Of a stretch of DNA of 64,000 nucleotides, positions 1-9,498 are shown one piece after another. This stretch comes from Bacillota bacterium. Its GTDB lineage: Bacteria > Bacillota > JAAYKD01. Position numbers and translations under genes: made by a program. Location: NCBI GenBank assembly GCA_963666425.2, contig OY762825.2, forward strand, positions 320,001 through 384,000, read 5' to 3'. The notes below the pieces were generated by a model. It was not told the DNA's origin. It made no database searches and saw only the letters and a list, made by a program, of their open reading frames with translations. Within the stretch, counting starts at the first letter, position 1. The number at the start of each line of letters is the position of its first letter.

Positions 1-30
1 GGACAAAACGATTAAACACATTGGGCAGAT

Positions 31-164
31 GTAGGGAACGGTCTTGACCGTTCCGCAACGTATCGCATTTATTAGCTTGATATGTTTATGAGTGCGCGGT
101 ATTGGAACGAAACTACAAACAACGAGAGACAAGGTTATGCGGAATGGTCAAGACCATTCCCTAT
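31..164. repeat. Inverted pair of REP-like palindromes (REPIN-like)
   Basis: GTAG-GGAACGGTC-TT-GACCGTTCC-GC at 31-56; inverted copy GC-GGAATGGTC-AA-GACCATTCC-CTAT at 139-164. Confidence 0.75.
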
Positions 165-240
165 AATTTTTGGGTTGGTCAGAATTTAGACTTTCATGGT
201 CTATTATATGTTTTTCAAAAAAGGTAATCATACAAGCATT

Positions 241-424
241 TCATGATATTACAACCACAAAACCGCAGGCATCCTGCAGCGAAGCCTCACCCTTTGCGGT
301 GGAGCTAGCGAAATTGATGCCCAGCGGTTTTGTCATGGTATTCCAACCAAAAAACCACAGGCATCCTGCAGCGAAACCTCACCCTTTGCGGTGGAGCTAG
401 CGAAATTGATGCCCAGCGGTTTTA
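241..424. repeat. Two tandem ~92-bp direct repeat units, each an imperfect hairpin
   Basis: Units 241-332 and 333-424 are near-identical; each is bounded by AAAACC(G/A)CAGGCATC ... GATGCCCAGCGGTTTT. Confidence 0.9.
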
Positions 425-455
425 TCATCAATGGTTCATCTAAACAATGAGTGAA

Positions 456-481
456 GCGGAATGGTCAAGACCAGTCCCTAA
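456..481 (-). repeat. Third REP-like copy, just downstream of the MATE gene stop
   Basis: GCGGAATGGTCAAGACCAGTCCCTAA, same family as 31-56 and 139-164. Confidence 0.7.
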
Positions 482-486
482 ATTTC

Positions 487-1899
487 TTAGACGCGGACAT
501 GCTTCCACTTATTGGATTTGAAACGGTATTGAATCACAAGCGAACGTGCTGTTTGATCGACTGCCATGGCTATCCAGGCGCCAAGTAAACCCATATGCAT
601 ATACTGCACTAAAACAAGTGCCAAACCAAGACGGAAAAACCAAACACCAATAATGGTAGAGTACAGCGGCCATTTTGTATCGCCTGCTCCGCGTAAAGCG
701 CCAGCCAACACGAATTGGATCGACTGCAGCGGCTGCACCAAAGCGATCAACTTCAAAGCAACCGAAGCACTGGCGATGACAGAAGCATCATCGGTATACA
801 GCAAAGCCACTTTATCACCTGCGAAGAACAGCAGAAATGCAACTCCCAAGGAAACCAACATCGACATATTGCCGGTAGCTTTGGCAAATTTCTCTGCCAT
901 ATCCGGTTTTTTTGCGCCCAAACAGCGACCGACTAATGAAGTGGCAGACATACCAAAACCCTGACCGGTCGTAAACGATAAACTGGTAATATTGATCGCC
1001 ACCTGATGAGCAGCGAAGACAATCGTGCCCAAACCGGAAACCGTACGGGTGAAGAAAATCATTCCGATCCGCATCACAAATTGTTCGGCAGCGGCAGGCA
1101 TACCAACTTTCGCCACACGCTTAATCAAATCCCAATTAAAATGATATCCGCCTTTAAAAGAAACGGTTATCCGCTTACCCGGCACCAACACGAGGGAAAG
1201 AGCCATGATACAGCCCACCAAGCGGGAAAAAGCGGTCGCTACTGCCGCGCCGGAAACACCCATTCTGGGGAAAAACCAGATGCCGTTGATCAGAAGAAAA
1301 TTAAAGACAACGTTAATCAGATTGACTGCTGTGTTATTGATCATCGGCGCTTTGGTATCACCGGCGCCGCGGATCATGGAATTGACGCACATTTGGATTG
1401 TATTAAAAACCATGCTGACGGAGACAATCTGAAAATATTTTACGGCGTAAACCATGGTGTCTGCTTCCGCCCCCATAAACAGCAGAACAGGTTTCGCGAT
1501 GAAAAACATCACGGCGCCAACGAGCAGACCTAATAATGTGACAATGACCAAAGATTGACGGGCGGTTTCGTTCGCATTTTTCAAATCGTGGGCACCGATA
1601 AAACGAGCAACCACGGCCGTCGTGCCAACGTTGATCGCCATGAAAATCGCCATGGCAAACATCATCGGCTGATTTGTTAAGCCAACCGCTGTAATTGCGG
1701 CAGGCCCGATCCGGCTGACCTGGATCATATCGGCCATACCAACCAGTGCCATCAGTACTTGCTCCGCGACGGCAGGTCCTGCTAGTTTGAGGACGATTTT
1801 ATCCGCTTCCGCAGAAGTAAGCTCATCCTTTAACAAGAAACTCTGATCGTACTTATCTTTCACCGGAACCGATTCCTTTTTCCCTACTTCCTCACTCAT
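487..1899 (-). CDS. MATE family efflux transporter
   Basis: ~12 TM segments; duplicated RGAGDTK motifs; AAHQVA; start moved to MSEEV because GGGAG lies upstream. Confidence 0.9.
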   Translation of the reverse strand: MSEEVGKKESVPVKDKYDQSFLLKDELTSAEADKIVLKLAGPAVAEQVLMALVGMADMIQVSRIGPAAITAVGLTNQPMMFAMAIFMAINVGTTAVVARFIGAHDLKNANETARQSLVIVTLLGLLVGAVMFFIAKPVLLFMGAEADTMVYAVKYFQIVSVSMVFNTIQMCVNSMIRGAGDTKAPMINNTAVNLINVVFNFLLINGIWFFPRMGVSGAAVATAFSRLVGCIMALSLVLVPGKRITVSFKGGYHFNWDLIKRVAKVGMPAAAEQFVMRIGMIFFTRTVSGLGTIVFAAHQVAINITSLSFTTGQGFGMSATSLVGRCLGAKKPDMAEKFAKATGNMSMLVSLGVAFLLFFAGDKVALLYTDDASVIASASVALKLIALVQPLQSIQFVLAGALRGAGDTKWPLYSTIIGVWFFRLGLALVLVQYMHMGLLGAWIAMAVDQTARSLVIQYRFKSNKWKHVRV

Positions 1900-2035
1900 A
1901 CAAAGACTCCCATTCTTATTAGAAATATTATAAGCTAACATTTCTATACTCGTAACAATTTTCCTTCTTGAAAAATCTGAAACTTTTCTTGCTTTTCTGT
2001 TCCATCATAAAGATTTTTGAGAAACTTCACTAAAT

Positions 2036-2068
2036 AAAAGAACCGCTTGAACTTTTTTGTTCAAGCGG
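2036..2068 (-). terminator. Intrinsic terminator after the DUF1177 gene
   Basis: Stem CCGCTTGAAC/GTTCAAGCGG with T-rich tail on the minus strand. Confidence 0.7.
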
Positions 2069-2083
2069 CTGTTTTTATCTGCT

Positions 2084-3028
2084 TTATTTGCGGAGCGGAT
2101 TGATCGCCCGTAAATGCGACATCGAACCATAACCGTTGATCAGAGCTGCATATTCTGTCTGATTATAGAAGGAACACTTGTTCTCCCCGTAGTATTTGGC
2201 AACCTCAATGCAGAAACGTGCGGTTTCTTCGATATCAATTTCATGAGAAGCTCCGGTAGCACAGCCTGGCACGGCAGTTTCCGTCGTGATGGCTACTCCA
2301 ACCAAAGCGGCATCGGTCACAATGGACGGCTGCAGGATGCTGTTGACATGATAGATATCATTCCCATACGGCGTGATATCCTGCATGGTGACTGGCAGCA
2401 CCTTGGCTTGCTTGCCGGTAGTCCATTCCATAATCGAAAGCAAATCTTCACTGATGCGCAGAATCCAGCCATCCTTGATCGTTGGCGTAATAGCAAAACC
2501 ACGGGCATTTAAAACTCGATTGCCTTTGGTTGTATCAACCGATAAAATGGCATCGACGGAAGTATCCACTTCATACTTGTTCATGACCGCAATATCCACA
2601 GGAGAGCCCATAAATGGTACCGGATCGTGCGGTGAAGTGGGCGAAAAAGGAGCAATATGCGTGGAGACAATCACATCGCCGGATATCGTGTCGCCATTTC
2701 TCTGCATATCAACCAGTTTCAAGGCGACCGCCATGGCTGTAATCGCACCGTCTCCATCAGAAACCAAACCGATACGTTCCGGTCTGGCTCCAACCCCGCC
2801 TAATCGTCCAATAATACCTAAAGTTGGGGCTGTCCCTCCGCTTAATTTACCATTCTTCCCTTTAATCAAGACATGGATGAAATCCGTGCTGCCTTTATCC
2901 CCAATCACAGTCAGCCAATGACACTGCTCCGCCGGTAATCCTCTGGCAATCAATAACTCTTTTACTTTTTCGCCGCTGGCAAACGAACTATCCAGCAGTT
3001 CATGTATTTCCATTACTTGCTTCAGCAT
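2084..3028 (-). CDS. DUF1177 family protein
   Basis: Motifs GIIGRLGGVGARP, LVSDGDGA, PHDPVPFMGSP, DTTKGNR, VPGCATGASH. Confidence 0.8.
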   Translation of the reverse strand: MLKQVMEIHELLDSSFASGEKVKELLIARGLPAEQCHWLTVIGDKGSTDFIHVLIKGKNGKLSGGTAPTLGIIGRLGGVGARPERIGLVSDGDGAITAMAVALKLVDMQRNGDTISGDVIVSTHIAPFSPTSPHDPVPFMGSPVDIAVMNKYEVDTSVDAILSVDTTKGNRVLNARGFAITPTIKDGWILRISEDLLSIMEWTTGKQAKVLPVTMQDITPYGNDIYHVNSILQPSIVTDAALVGVAITTETAVPGCATGASHEIDIEETARFCIEVAKYYGENKCSFYNQTEYAALINGYGSMSHLRAINPLRK

Positions 3029-3107
3029 CCCATCGATCTCCTTTTTTGTTAATCGTGCTGTTATTTCTCTGAATTATGGGTGATTTCCTGCAGTTCAACA
3101 ACCGATT

Positions 3108-3740
3108 TTACTCGGCTGTAGTCTGATAATGCGTCTTTTTCAAAAAGGACAGCCGATGCACAGGACTGTAACCATATTGCTCTAAAGCGCTGTAGTGCGC
3201 GGCGGTCGGATAACCTTTATGCTGCGCAAAACCATACTGCGGATATTTCTGATCCAATTCCAACATGATGCGGTCGCGTGTAACTTTGGCGATAATCGAG
3301 GCAGCTGCAATGGAGCGTACATAAGCATCCCCTGCGATGATGCCCATTTGATTTTCATTCCAGAAGGCAAGCACCCAAGCATCAATCAAAAGAAAATCCG
3401 GTTTGGGCTGCAGTGTTTCCACCGCTCGCTGCATAGCTAAATAATCGGCTTGGCGAATATTCAGCCGATCAATTTCCGCTGCCGTTGCCTGACCGACACT
3501 GTAACTGACTTCTGCGGTCAATTGAGCAAACAAAGCTTCCCGCTTCGCTGCAGTCAGTTTTTTGGAATCTTCCAAGCCAGCCAATTGATAAGCGGGTGGT
3601 AAGATGACAGCAGCCGCTACGACCGGACCCGCCAAGGGACCGCAGCCGGCCTCATCAATACCGGCGATGGCTGAAAATCCTTTTTGAGCGAGGCTTTCTT
3701 CCCATGGCAGCCAAATTTTTGGCGTTTTCACTTTCACCAT
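3108..3740 (-). CDS. rnhB: Ribonuclease HII
   Basis: GIDEAGxGPLAGPVV, DSKKL, AAASIIAKVTRD, HKGYPT; follows rbgA. Confidence 0.95.
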   Translation of the reverse strand: MVKVKTPKIWLPWEESLAQKGFSAIAGIDEAGCGPLAGPVVAAAVILPPAYQLAGLEDSKKLTAAKREALFAQLTAEVSYSVGQATAAEIDRLNIRQADYLAMQRAVETLQPKPDFLLIDAWVLAFWNENQMGIIAGDAYVRSIAAASIIAKVTRDRIMLELDQKYPQYGFAQHKGYPTAAHYSALEQYGYSPVHRLSFLKKTHYQTTAE

Positions 3741-3742
3741 CG

Positions 3743-4615
3743 CTATTCCCCTGTTTTTTGACTGACAGGAGGCAATTCAAGTGAGATACGTCCAATTTTC
3801 CCAGAACGAAAATCGTCCAGAAGCATCTGTGCGGTGCGGTTGAGGTCAACCAGATTACCCGCGACCAGACAACCTTTATTGCGCCCGATTTGTTCCAACA
3901 AAAGCTCTCCATCCTTGATCAACGGCTCCGTCAAACGATATCGTTCTGTCAGTAATTTGGGATAAGCTGTGGCCAACCAGGCAGCCAAGAAGCGGCCGAC
4001 TTCTTCCAGATTGTATACTTCGTCCGAGATTGCGCCGGTCGCTGCTAATTTCATGCCAACCGTATGATCGTTGATTTTTGGCATCAGAATACCCGGCATA
4101 TCCAAAAGATCCAGATCGCCGCGAATACGGACCCACTGGATTTGCCGCGTCAGGCCGGGACGGTTGGCTGCTGCGGCCTTTCTGATTCCGATTAATTGAT
4201 TGATTAAAGAAGATTTCCCCACATTAGGAATACCAACCATCATCAAACGGGCTGCTCTGGGTTTTCTGCCTTTGTTAACCCATTTTTGTAACGCTTCTGC
4301 CGCCAAAGGTTGAACAGCCGCAGGCAGACGATTGAGATTTTCGCCTGTTGTGCTGGAAAGAGCAATCGGGATTTCCCCCTGCTCTGTAAACCATTGCAGC
4401 CAGCGTTTGGTCTGGATCGGGTCGGCTAAATCAGATTTATTCAGCAAAATTACCCGCGGCTTTCGCTCGGTCAGCGTTTTTATGTCCGGATTGCGGCTGG
4501 CTAAAGGTAATCTGGCATCCACCAATTCCATGATTACATCCACCAAACCAAGATTTTCTTCTACTAAGCGTTTCCCCTTGACCATATGTCCCGGGTACCA
4601 TTGAATTGTCGCCAT
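3743..4615 (-). CDS. rbgA: Ribosome biogenesis GTPase YlqF/RbgA
   Basis: IQWYPGHM N-terminus, DARLP, NKSD, GIPNVGKS; start at MATIQW. Confidence 0.95.
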   Translation of the reverse strand: MATIQWYPGHMVKGKRLVEENLGLVDVIMELVDARLPLASRNPDIKTLTERKPRVILLNKSDLADPIQTKRWLQWFTEQGEIPIALSSTTGENLNRLPAAVQPLAAEALQKWVNKGRKPRAARLMMVGIPNVGKSSLINQLIGIRKAAAANRPGLTRQIQWVRIRGDLDLLDMPGILMPKINDHTVGMKLAATGAISDEVYNLEEVGRFLAAWLATAYPKLLTERYRLTEPLIKDGELLLEQIGRNKGCLVAGNLVDLNRTAQMLLDDFRSGKIGRISLELPPVSQKTGE

Positions 4616-4638
4616 TTGCCTCACCTGTTTTCCCAAAA

Positions 4639-5154
4639 CTACTGGATGATTCTGATCTGCCGCAACGGCCAATAAACTGCGATTACTTTACCGCGAATGT
4701 TTTCTCTGGGGATGGTACCCATCACCGAATCTCTGCTGTCCAAACTAACGGCACGGTTATCACCCATCACAAAATAATGATCTTCCGGAATGATCAGCGC
4801 TGCCATTGTCTGCTCAGAAGAAATGGAACCCAGATAAGTTTCCTGCAATAGAACGCCATTGATCGTAACCTGACCGCCAACGATTGAAATTTCTTCATTG
4901 GGTAACCCGATCACACGTTTGACAAAATAACGTCGGGGATCGGCAGGCAGCTTAAAAACAATAATGTCTCCTCTTGCGACTTCACCTACTTTTAAGCTGA
5001 TGATACGTTCACCGCTTTCCAAGGTCGGTCTCATCGTGGAGCCATCTGCTCGCAAGAATTCAGCTACATAAATCCGAAAAAGCAAAGCCGCGGCTGCCGC
5101 AATCAACAAGGCAACAATCCACTCGATGATTTCTTTTCGTCTTTTCTGTTCCAT
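4639..5154 (-). CDS. lepB: Signal peptidase I (atypical Thr at the nucleophile position)
   Basis: N-terminal TM segment, GSTMRPTL, RGDIIVF, VKRVIGLP, GDNRAVSLDSR; lies between rplS and rbgA. Confidence 0.88.
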   Translation of the reverse strand: MEQKRRKEIIEWIVALLIAAAAALLFRIYVAEFLRADGSTMRPTLESGERIISLKVGEVARGDIIVFKLPADPRRYFVKRVIGLPNEEISIVGGQVTINGVLLQETYLGSISSEQTMAALIIPEDHYFVMGDNRAVSLDSRDSVMGTIPRENIRGKVIAVYWPLRQIRIIQ

Positions 5155-5267
5155 ATTACGTCCTCTGAATAAAAAAACCGCTTCATTCGATTCGCCTTGT
5201 TCGATCTTCTTGTTCAGCACAAGTACCATCGAGGATAAGGAGTTAATCTATGAAGCAGTTTTTGTGA

Positions 5268-5615
5268 TTAGCGAATTTCCTTCACGCGAGTAGCGGCTTT
5301 ACCAACCAATTTACGCAGATAATACAGGCGTGCACGACGGACAAGACCACGCTTCAATACCTCTATCTTTGCGACTCTGGGTGACTGCACCGGAAAGGTT
5401 CTCTCTACCCCGACGCCGTAAGAGATTTTACGCACTGTAAAACTCTCTCTGAGACCGTCACCGGAACGAACAATTACCAATCCTTCAAAAATCTGGATAC
5501 GCTCTTTTTCGCCTTCTACGACCTTAGCATGCACACGCACTGTATCTCCAACTTTAAAAGCCGGTAAATCAGAACGCATCATTCCTTTTTCAAGTTCCAC
5601 GATAGTGGGATGCAT
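5268..5615 (-). CDS. rplS: 50S ribosomal protein L19
   Basis: [37 protein letters not shown]. Confidence 0.99.
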   Translation of the reverse strand: MHPTIVELEKGMMRSDLPAFKVGDTVRVHAKVVEGEKERIQIFEGLVIVRSGDGLRESFTVRKISYGVGVERTFPVQSPRVAKIEVLKRGLVRRARLYYLRKLVGKAATRVKEIR

Positions 5616-5638
5616 AATGTAATTCCCCTTTCATCTTA

Positions 5639-5674
5639 AGTGTTCATACGCATCTTGAATGCCAGCGGAGCACT
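5639..5674 (-). ncRNA. Ribosomal protein L19 leader RNA
   Basis: AGTGCTC-CGCTG-GCAT(tcaag)ATGC-GTAT-GAACACT directly upstream of the rplS RBS; matches the L19_leader pattern as I recall it. Confidence 0.7.
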
Positions 5675-5696
5675 CGTATATAACATACGAATTATA

Positions 5697-6485
5697 TCAT
5701 AGATCTTCTTTGTTCACAAGTGGTGCAATCGAGAGGTTTTTGTATAATAAATCATTTTCCGCAAGAATTTCAGCGAGAAGAATTCTATCCTCCCGATTCA
5801 GCCGTGCTTTTACCAACAGATCGGGACGAACCTTCCAGGTTTTCAAAAGCGACTGTTTCCTGCGCCAAGCGGCGATTTTCTGATGATTACCCTGCAACAA
5901 AATCTCCGGAACCGCGAAACCTTCAAACACAGCTGGGCGGGTATACTGCGGATATTCCAATAAACCATCACTGAAGCTCTCGTCATCACTCGATTCATCG
6001 TGTCCCAGAACACCGGGCAGCAAACGAATTAAACCATCGGTTAAAACCATGGCAGGCAATTCACCACCGGTTAAAACATAATCTCCGATCGATATTTCCT
6101 CATCTGCCAGTTGATTAATGATTCTTTGATCAATTCCCTCATAATGACCACAAAGCAGTGTAATTTGCGGTTTTTGCGCTAATCTCTTCAAATCCGTCTG
6201 CTGCAGCTGTTTGCCGGATGGGCTGAGATAAATCAGATAGGGCGGCTGCGCTAACGTGCTGCGCAGTGCTTGCCAGGCTGCAAAGACCGGATCCGGCTGC
6301 ATCAGCATACCGACACCACCGCCAAAGGGATATTCATCCACTTTATGATGTTTTTCCAATGAATAAACACGCAGTTGGTGCAGCACGATTTCTACAAAAC
6401 CCTTTTTTTGTGCGCGTTCGAGGATGCTGGTATGCAGGGGGCCTTCAAACATTTCGGGGAATAAGGTCAGGATGTCGATACGCAT
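5697..6485 (-). CDS. trmD: tRNA (guanine-N1)-methyltransferase
   Basis: DILTLFPEMF, CGHYEGIDQR, SIGDYVLTGGE, LEYPQYTRP. Confidence 0.99.
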   Translation of the reverse strand: MRIDILTLFPEMFEGPLHTSILERAQKKGFVEIVLHQLRVYSLEKHHKVDEYPFGGGVGMLMQPDPVFAAWQALRSTLAQPPYLIYLSPSGKQLQQTDLKRLAQKPQITLLCGHYEGIDQRIINQLADEEISIGDYVLTGGELPAMVLTDGLIRLLPGVLGHDESSDDESFSDGLLEYPQYTRPAVFEGFAVPEILLQGNHQKIAAWRRKQSLLKTWKVRPDLLVKARLNREDRILLAEILAENDLLYKNLSIAPLVNKEDL

Positions 6486-6494
6486 CGCTTACAC

Positions 6495-7046
6495 CTACAA
6501 CAAGCCAGCCAGCAGCTTGACGGTGATGCGCTTGTTTTGCAGATCGGTGGCAAGAATTACCTCATCGATCGCCGGCAGCAACAGTTCGGTCTGTTCTTCG
6601 GTCGCAAGAGCGCGCCCTTCGTCACTCAGTTCCACAACATAAACATCGTTGGAACCGGGAGACAGCACATCTTTGACTTTTCCTAAATAAAGACCGTCAT
6701 CCTGATAAACATCCATACCAAGGATCTGATAAATATAATATCTGCCCTCCGGCAGCGGCATCAATTCATTTTCCGCAATGGTCAGCACCGCTTGCAGCCA
6801 GGGCGTTGTTTCGCTCACGTCTTGAAATTCCGCTACTTTCAGAATAATAAAACCTTTATGCATACGTGCTGCCAGCGGATGCAGCCAGATCTCTTTGCCA
6901 TTGGCAGCCTGGGCCAGCATTTGTTTGGTTTGGTCAAAGCGTTCCGGAAAATCCGTCAGTGGGAATACTTTGATCTCCCCTTTTAAACCATGCGTTCCGG
7001 TGATTTTACCAATTTGAAAGCGTTTTTCTTCTGACATTAAGTGCAC
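6495..7046 (-). CDS. rimM: Ribosome maturation factor RimM
   Basis: IGKITGTHGLKGEIKV, PRC-barrel GSNDVYVV; gene context. The start may be 7037. Confidence 0.95.
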   Translation of the reverse strand: MHLMSEEKRFQIGKITGTHGLKGEIKVFPLTDFPERFDQTKQMLAQAANGKEIWLHPLAARMHKGFIILKVAEFQDVSETTPWLQAVLTIAENELMPLPEGRYYIYQILGMDVYQDDGLYLGKVKDVLSPGSNDVYVVELSDEGRALATEEQTELLLPAIDEVILATDLQNKRITVKLLAGLL

Positions 7047-7450
7047 CCCTTTCCCTGGCGAATTTCTACGATGACCCCATCTTTTAAGATGATTTCCTGG
7101 CTGGTTAGATCATGCCAGAGGTCGCCGACTGTCACTTCAAGACTGGCCTCGTTTTGTGAATGCAGCACTTCGCTGCCGAGCGCCAATTGAAAGCTTTCCT
7201 TCTTGCGTTCCAGCATTCTTTGCTGCGCGTCCAGTCGCTTTTGTTTTTCCAGTTCCAACTGCTGCAACTGCGCTGCGATTGGAGCTTTCGGATTTTTCGT
7301 TTGCTCTAAGGTCAACAGCTTTTGCTGATAGGAAATTTGATCGAGTTCGGTCAGCAAACGTCTGATCTGAGCATCGATCTCCACACGTAAGCTGGTTAAG
7401 AAAGGTTCGGTAACAATCACCTTGACGGTGACGGGATAATGAATTCGCAT
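7037..7450 (-). CDS. ylqD: YlqD family protein
   Basis: VTVKVIVTE N-terminus, coiled coil, EIILKDGVIVEIR C-terminus; lies between the KH gene and rimM. Confidence 0.85.
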   Translation of the reverse strand: MRIHYPVTVKVIVTEPFLTSLRVEIDAQIRRLLTELDQISYQQKLLTLEQTKNPKAPIAAQLQQLELEKQKRLDAQQRMLERKKESFQLALGSEVLHSQNEASLEVTVGDLWHDLTSQEIILKDGVIVEIRQGKGCT

Positions 7451-7558
7451 GGGTTTGCCTCCCTTTCTGCCGGTGTAAACCTAAAAAAATGGCAAATAGG
7501 GAACTGTTCGGCAGGCGCATGGCCGGCTTCTGCAGTTCCCTAACGATCGATTTCAGTG

Positions 7559-7807
7559 CTATTCCGCCGTCACCTTGTCAATAATATCCAGATTGACACG
7601 TTTTTGTTCTTTGCCGGCAGCTGCCTTTAAAACAGTCCGCATCGCTTTGGCAATTTTTCCTTGACGGCCGATGATTTTACCCATGTCTTCCGGTGCCACC
7701 GAAAGCTCATAGCTAATATCTGTTTCCGTCTCGGTTTCATTAATCACGATTTGTTCGGGCTGATCAACCAACGCTCTTGCCATTACTTCTACTAAAGCTT
7801 TCATCAT
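7559..7807 (-). CDS. khpA: KH-domain RNA-binding protein (KhpA/YlqC)
   Basis: DMGKIIGRQG KH motif; follows rpsP. Confidence 0.92.
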   Translation of the reverse strand: MMKALVEVMARALVDQPEQIVINETETETDISYELSVAPEDMGKIIGRQGKIAKAMRTVLKAAAGKEQKRVNLDIIDKVTAE

Positions 7808-7828
7808 TTTTCTCCTATCACGAATCGC

Positions 7829-8071
7829 TTAGAGAAGACCGGCTTTTTGAAAAAGAATGCGAACCCGGTCAGAAAGCTGAACTCCTGTCGCCAACCAAGC
7901 TTTTGCTCTTTCATCTTGAATTTTCAGCGTAGCGGGTTGGGTTGTCGGATCGTAATAACCAATCTCCTCAATGAATTTACCATCGCGCGGTGCATGTGTA
8001 TCAGCAACAACCATACGATAGAACGGTGCTTTTTTAGCCCCTAAACGACGTAAACGAATTTTTGTAGCCAC
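7829..8071 (-). CDS. rpsP: 30S ribosomal protein S16
   Basis: [31 protein letters not shown]. Confidence 0.99.
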   Translation of the reverse strand: MATKIRLRRLGAKKAPFYRMVVADTHAPRDGKFIEEIGYYDPTTQPATLKIQDERAKAWLATGVQLSDRVRILFQKAGLL

Positions 8072-8129
8072 TTAAAACACCTCCTTTCCTGAATTTGTTC
8101 TATGAAACCGCTCCCGAGGTTGGCAGAAA

Positions 8130-9482
8130 TTAAAATTTAATTCTACTAAACGGGTTCAGCGAATTCCCCTTGCCTTGGTTTGTCTTCTGCATTTTACCGC
8201 TCGACCTGGTCATCTGCTGCATCATCTTCTTAGTCTCTTCAAAATCTTTCAGCATCCGGTTGACATCCTGCACCCTGGTACCGCTGCCGGCGGCGATGCG
8301 CTTCCTGCGGCTGGCATTGAGCAGTTCCGGTTTACGACGCTCTTCCATCGTCATCGATTGAATGATCGCTTCCATATTTTTCAAACCAGACTGATCCAGA
8401 TCCTCTTCTTTGATATCGGGCATACCCGGAATCATTTTCATCAGTTGGCTTAAAGGTCCCATCTTTTTGATTTGCTGCATATTTTTCAGGAAATCATCCA
8501 GATCGAGTTCATTCTTGCGCAGTTTCGCTTCCAGCGATTTTGCCTGCTCCAAATCGACGTTTTCCTGTGCCTTTTCAATCAATGTCATCACATCACCCAT
8601 ACCGAGGATGCGAGAGGCCAAACGGTCAGGATAAAATGGTTCCAATGTATCCATTTTCTCCCCGGAGCTAATAAATTTAATCGGTTTACCGGTGACCGTC
8701 TTGATGGATAATGCCGCACCGCCGCGGGTGTCACCGTCCATCTTGGTTAGAATCACCCCGTCGATGCCAATCTGATCGCTGAAGCTGCTGGCGACATTCA
8801 CCGCGTCCTGCCCGGTCATCGCATCGACTAAAAGCAGAATTTCATGCGGATGCACGCTGGCTTTGATGCGTTTCAGTTCATCCATCATGTTTTCATCTAC
8901 ATGCAGGCGGCCGGCTGTATCGAGCAGCACCGTGTCGCGTCCTTGGGAAAGTGCCACGGCAATACCAAGTTTAGCGATTTCTACCGGGTCACCCTGGCCT
9001 TGATCATAAACTGGAATACCGAGTTGTTTGCCTACCACGTGCAGCTGCTCGATGGCAGCCGGGCGATAAACGTCACAGGCTACGAGCAGTGGCTTCTTCC
9101 CCTGCTTGCGCAGGTAATTGGCGAGCTTGCCGGCAGCAGTCGTTTTACCGGCTCCCTGCAGACCCACCAGCATGATGATTGTGGGGATTTTGGAGGAAAC
9201 AGTCAGTTTCGACTGCGTTCCGCCGATCATATCTACCAGTTCGTCATAAACAATTTTTACCACTTGCTGCCCGGGTGTTAAAGACTCCAGGATTTCAGCT
9301 CCCATGGCCTTTTCCTTGATGCGGCCAACAAAATCACGGACCACTTTGAAATTGACATCGGCCTCCAGTAAGGCAACCCGCACTTCGCGCATGGCTTCAT
9401 TAATATCAGCCTCGTTCAGCCTGCCTTTGCCACGCAGACGTTTTAAGGTGTTTTGCAATTTTTCCGATAAGTTTTCAAACAA
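8130..9482 (-). CDS. ffh: Signal recognition particle protein Ffh
   Basis: GLQGAGKTT, DTAGR, TKMDGDTRGGAALS, M domain SRRKRIAAGSG. Confidence 0.99.
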   Translation of the reverse strand: MFENLSEKLQNTLKRLRGKGRLNEADINEAMREVRVALLEADVNFKVVRDFVGRIKEKAMGAEILESLTPGQQVVKIVYDELVDMIGGTQSKLTVSSKIPTIIMLVGLQGAGKTTAAGKLANYLRKQGKKPLLVACDVYRPAAIEQLHVVGKQLGIPVYDQGQGDPVEIAKLGIAVALSQGRDTVLLDTAGRLHVDENMMDELKRIKASVHPHEILLLVDAMTGQDAVNVASSFSDQIGIDGVILTKMDGDTRGGAALSIKTVTGKPIKFISSGEKMDTLEPFYPDRLASRILGMGDVMTLIEKAQENVDLEQAKSLEAKLRKNELDLDDFLKNMQQIKKMGPLSQLMKMIPGMPDIKEEDLDQSGLKNMEAIIQSMTMEERRKPELLNASRRKRIAAGSGTRVQDVNRMLKDFEETKKMMQQMTRSSGKMQKTNQGKGNSLNPFSRIKF

Positions 9483-9498
9483 AGCGCCAGGCCCCCTT

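Noticed and set aside
170-400. 76-aa ORF in the ORF track
   Set aside because: It runs through the 92-bp tandem repeats, has a TTG start without an SD, and shows no recognisable motif
241-424. Possible CRISPR array
   Set aside because: Only two ~92-bp units, no unique spacers and no cas genes
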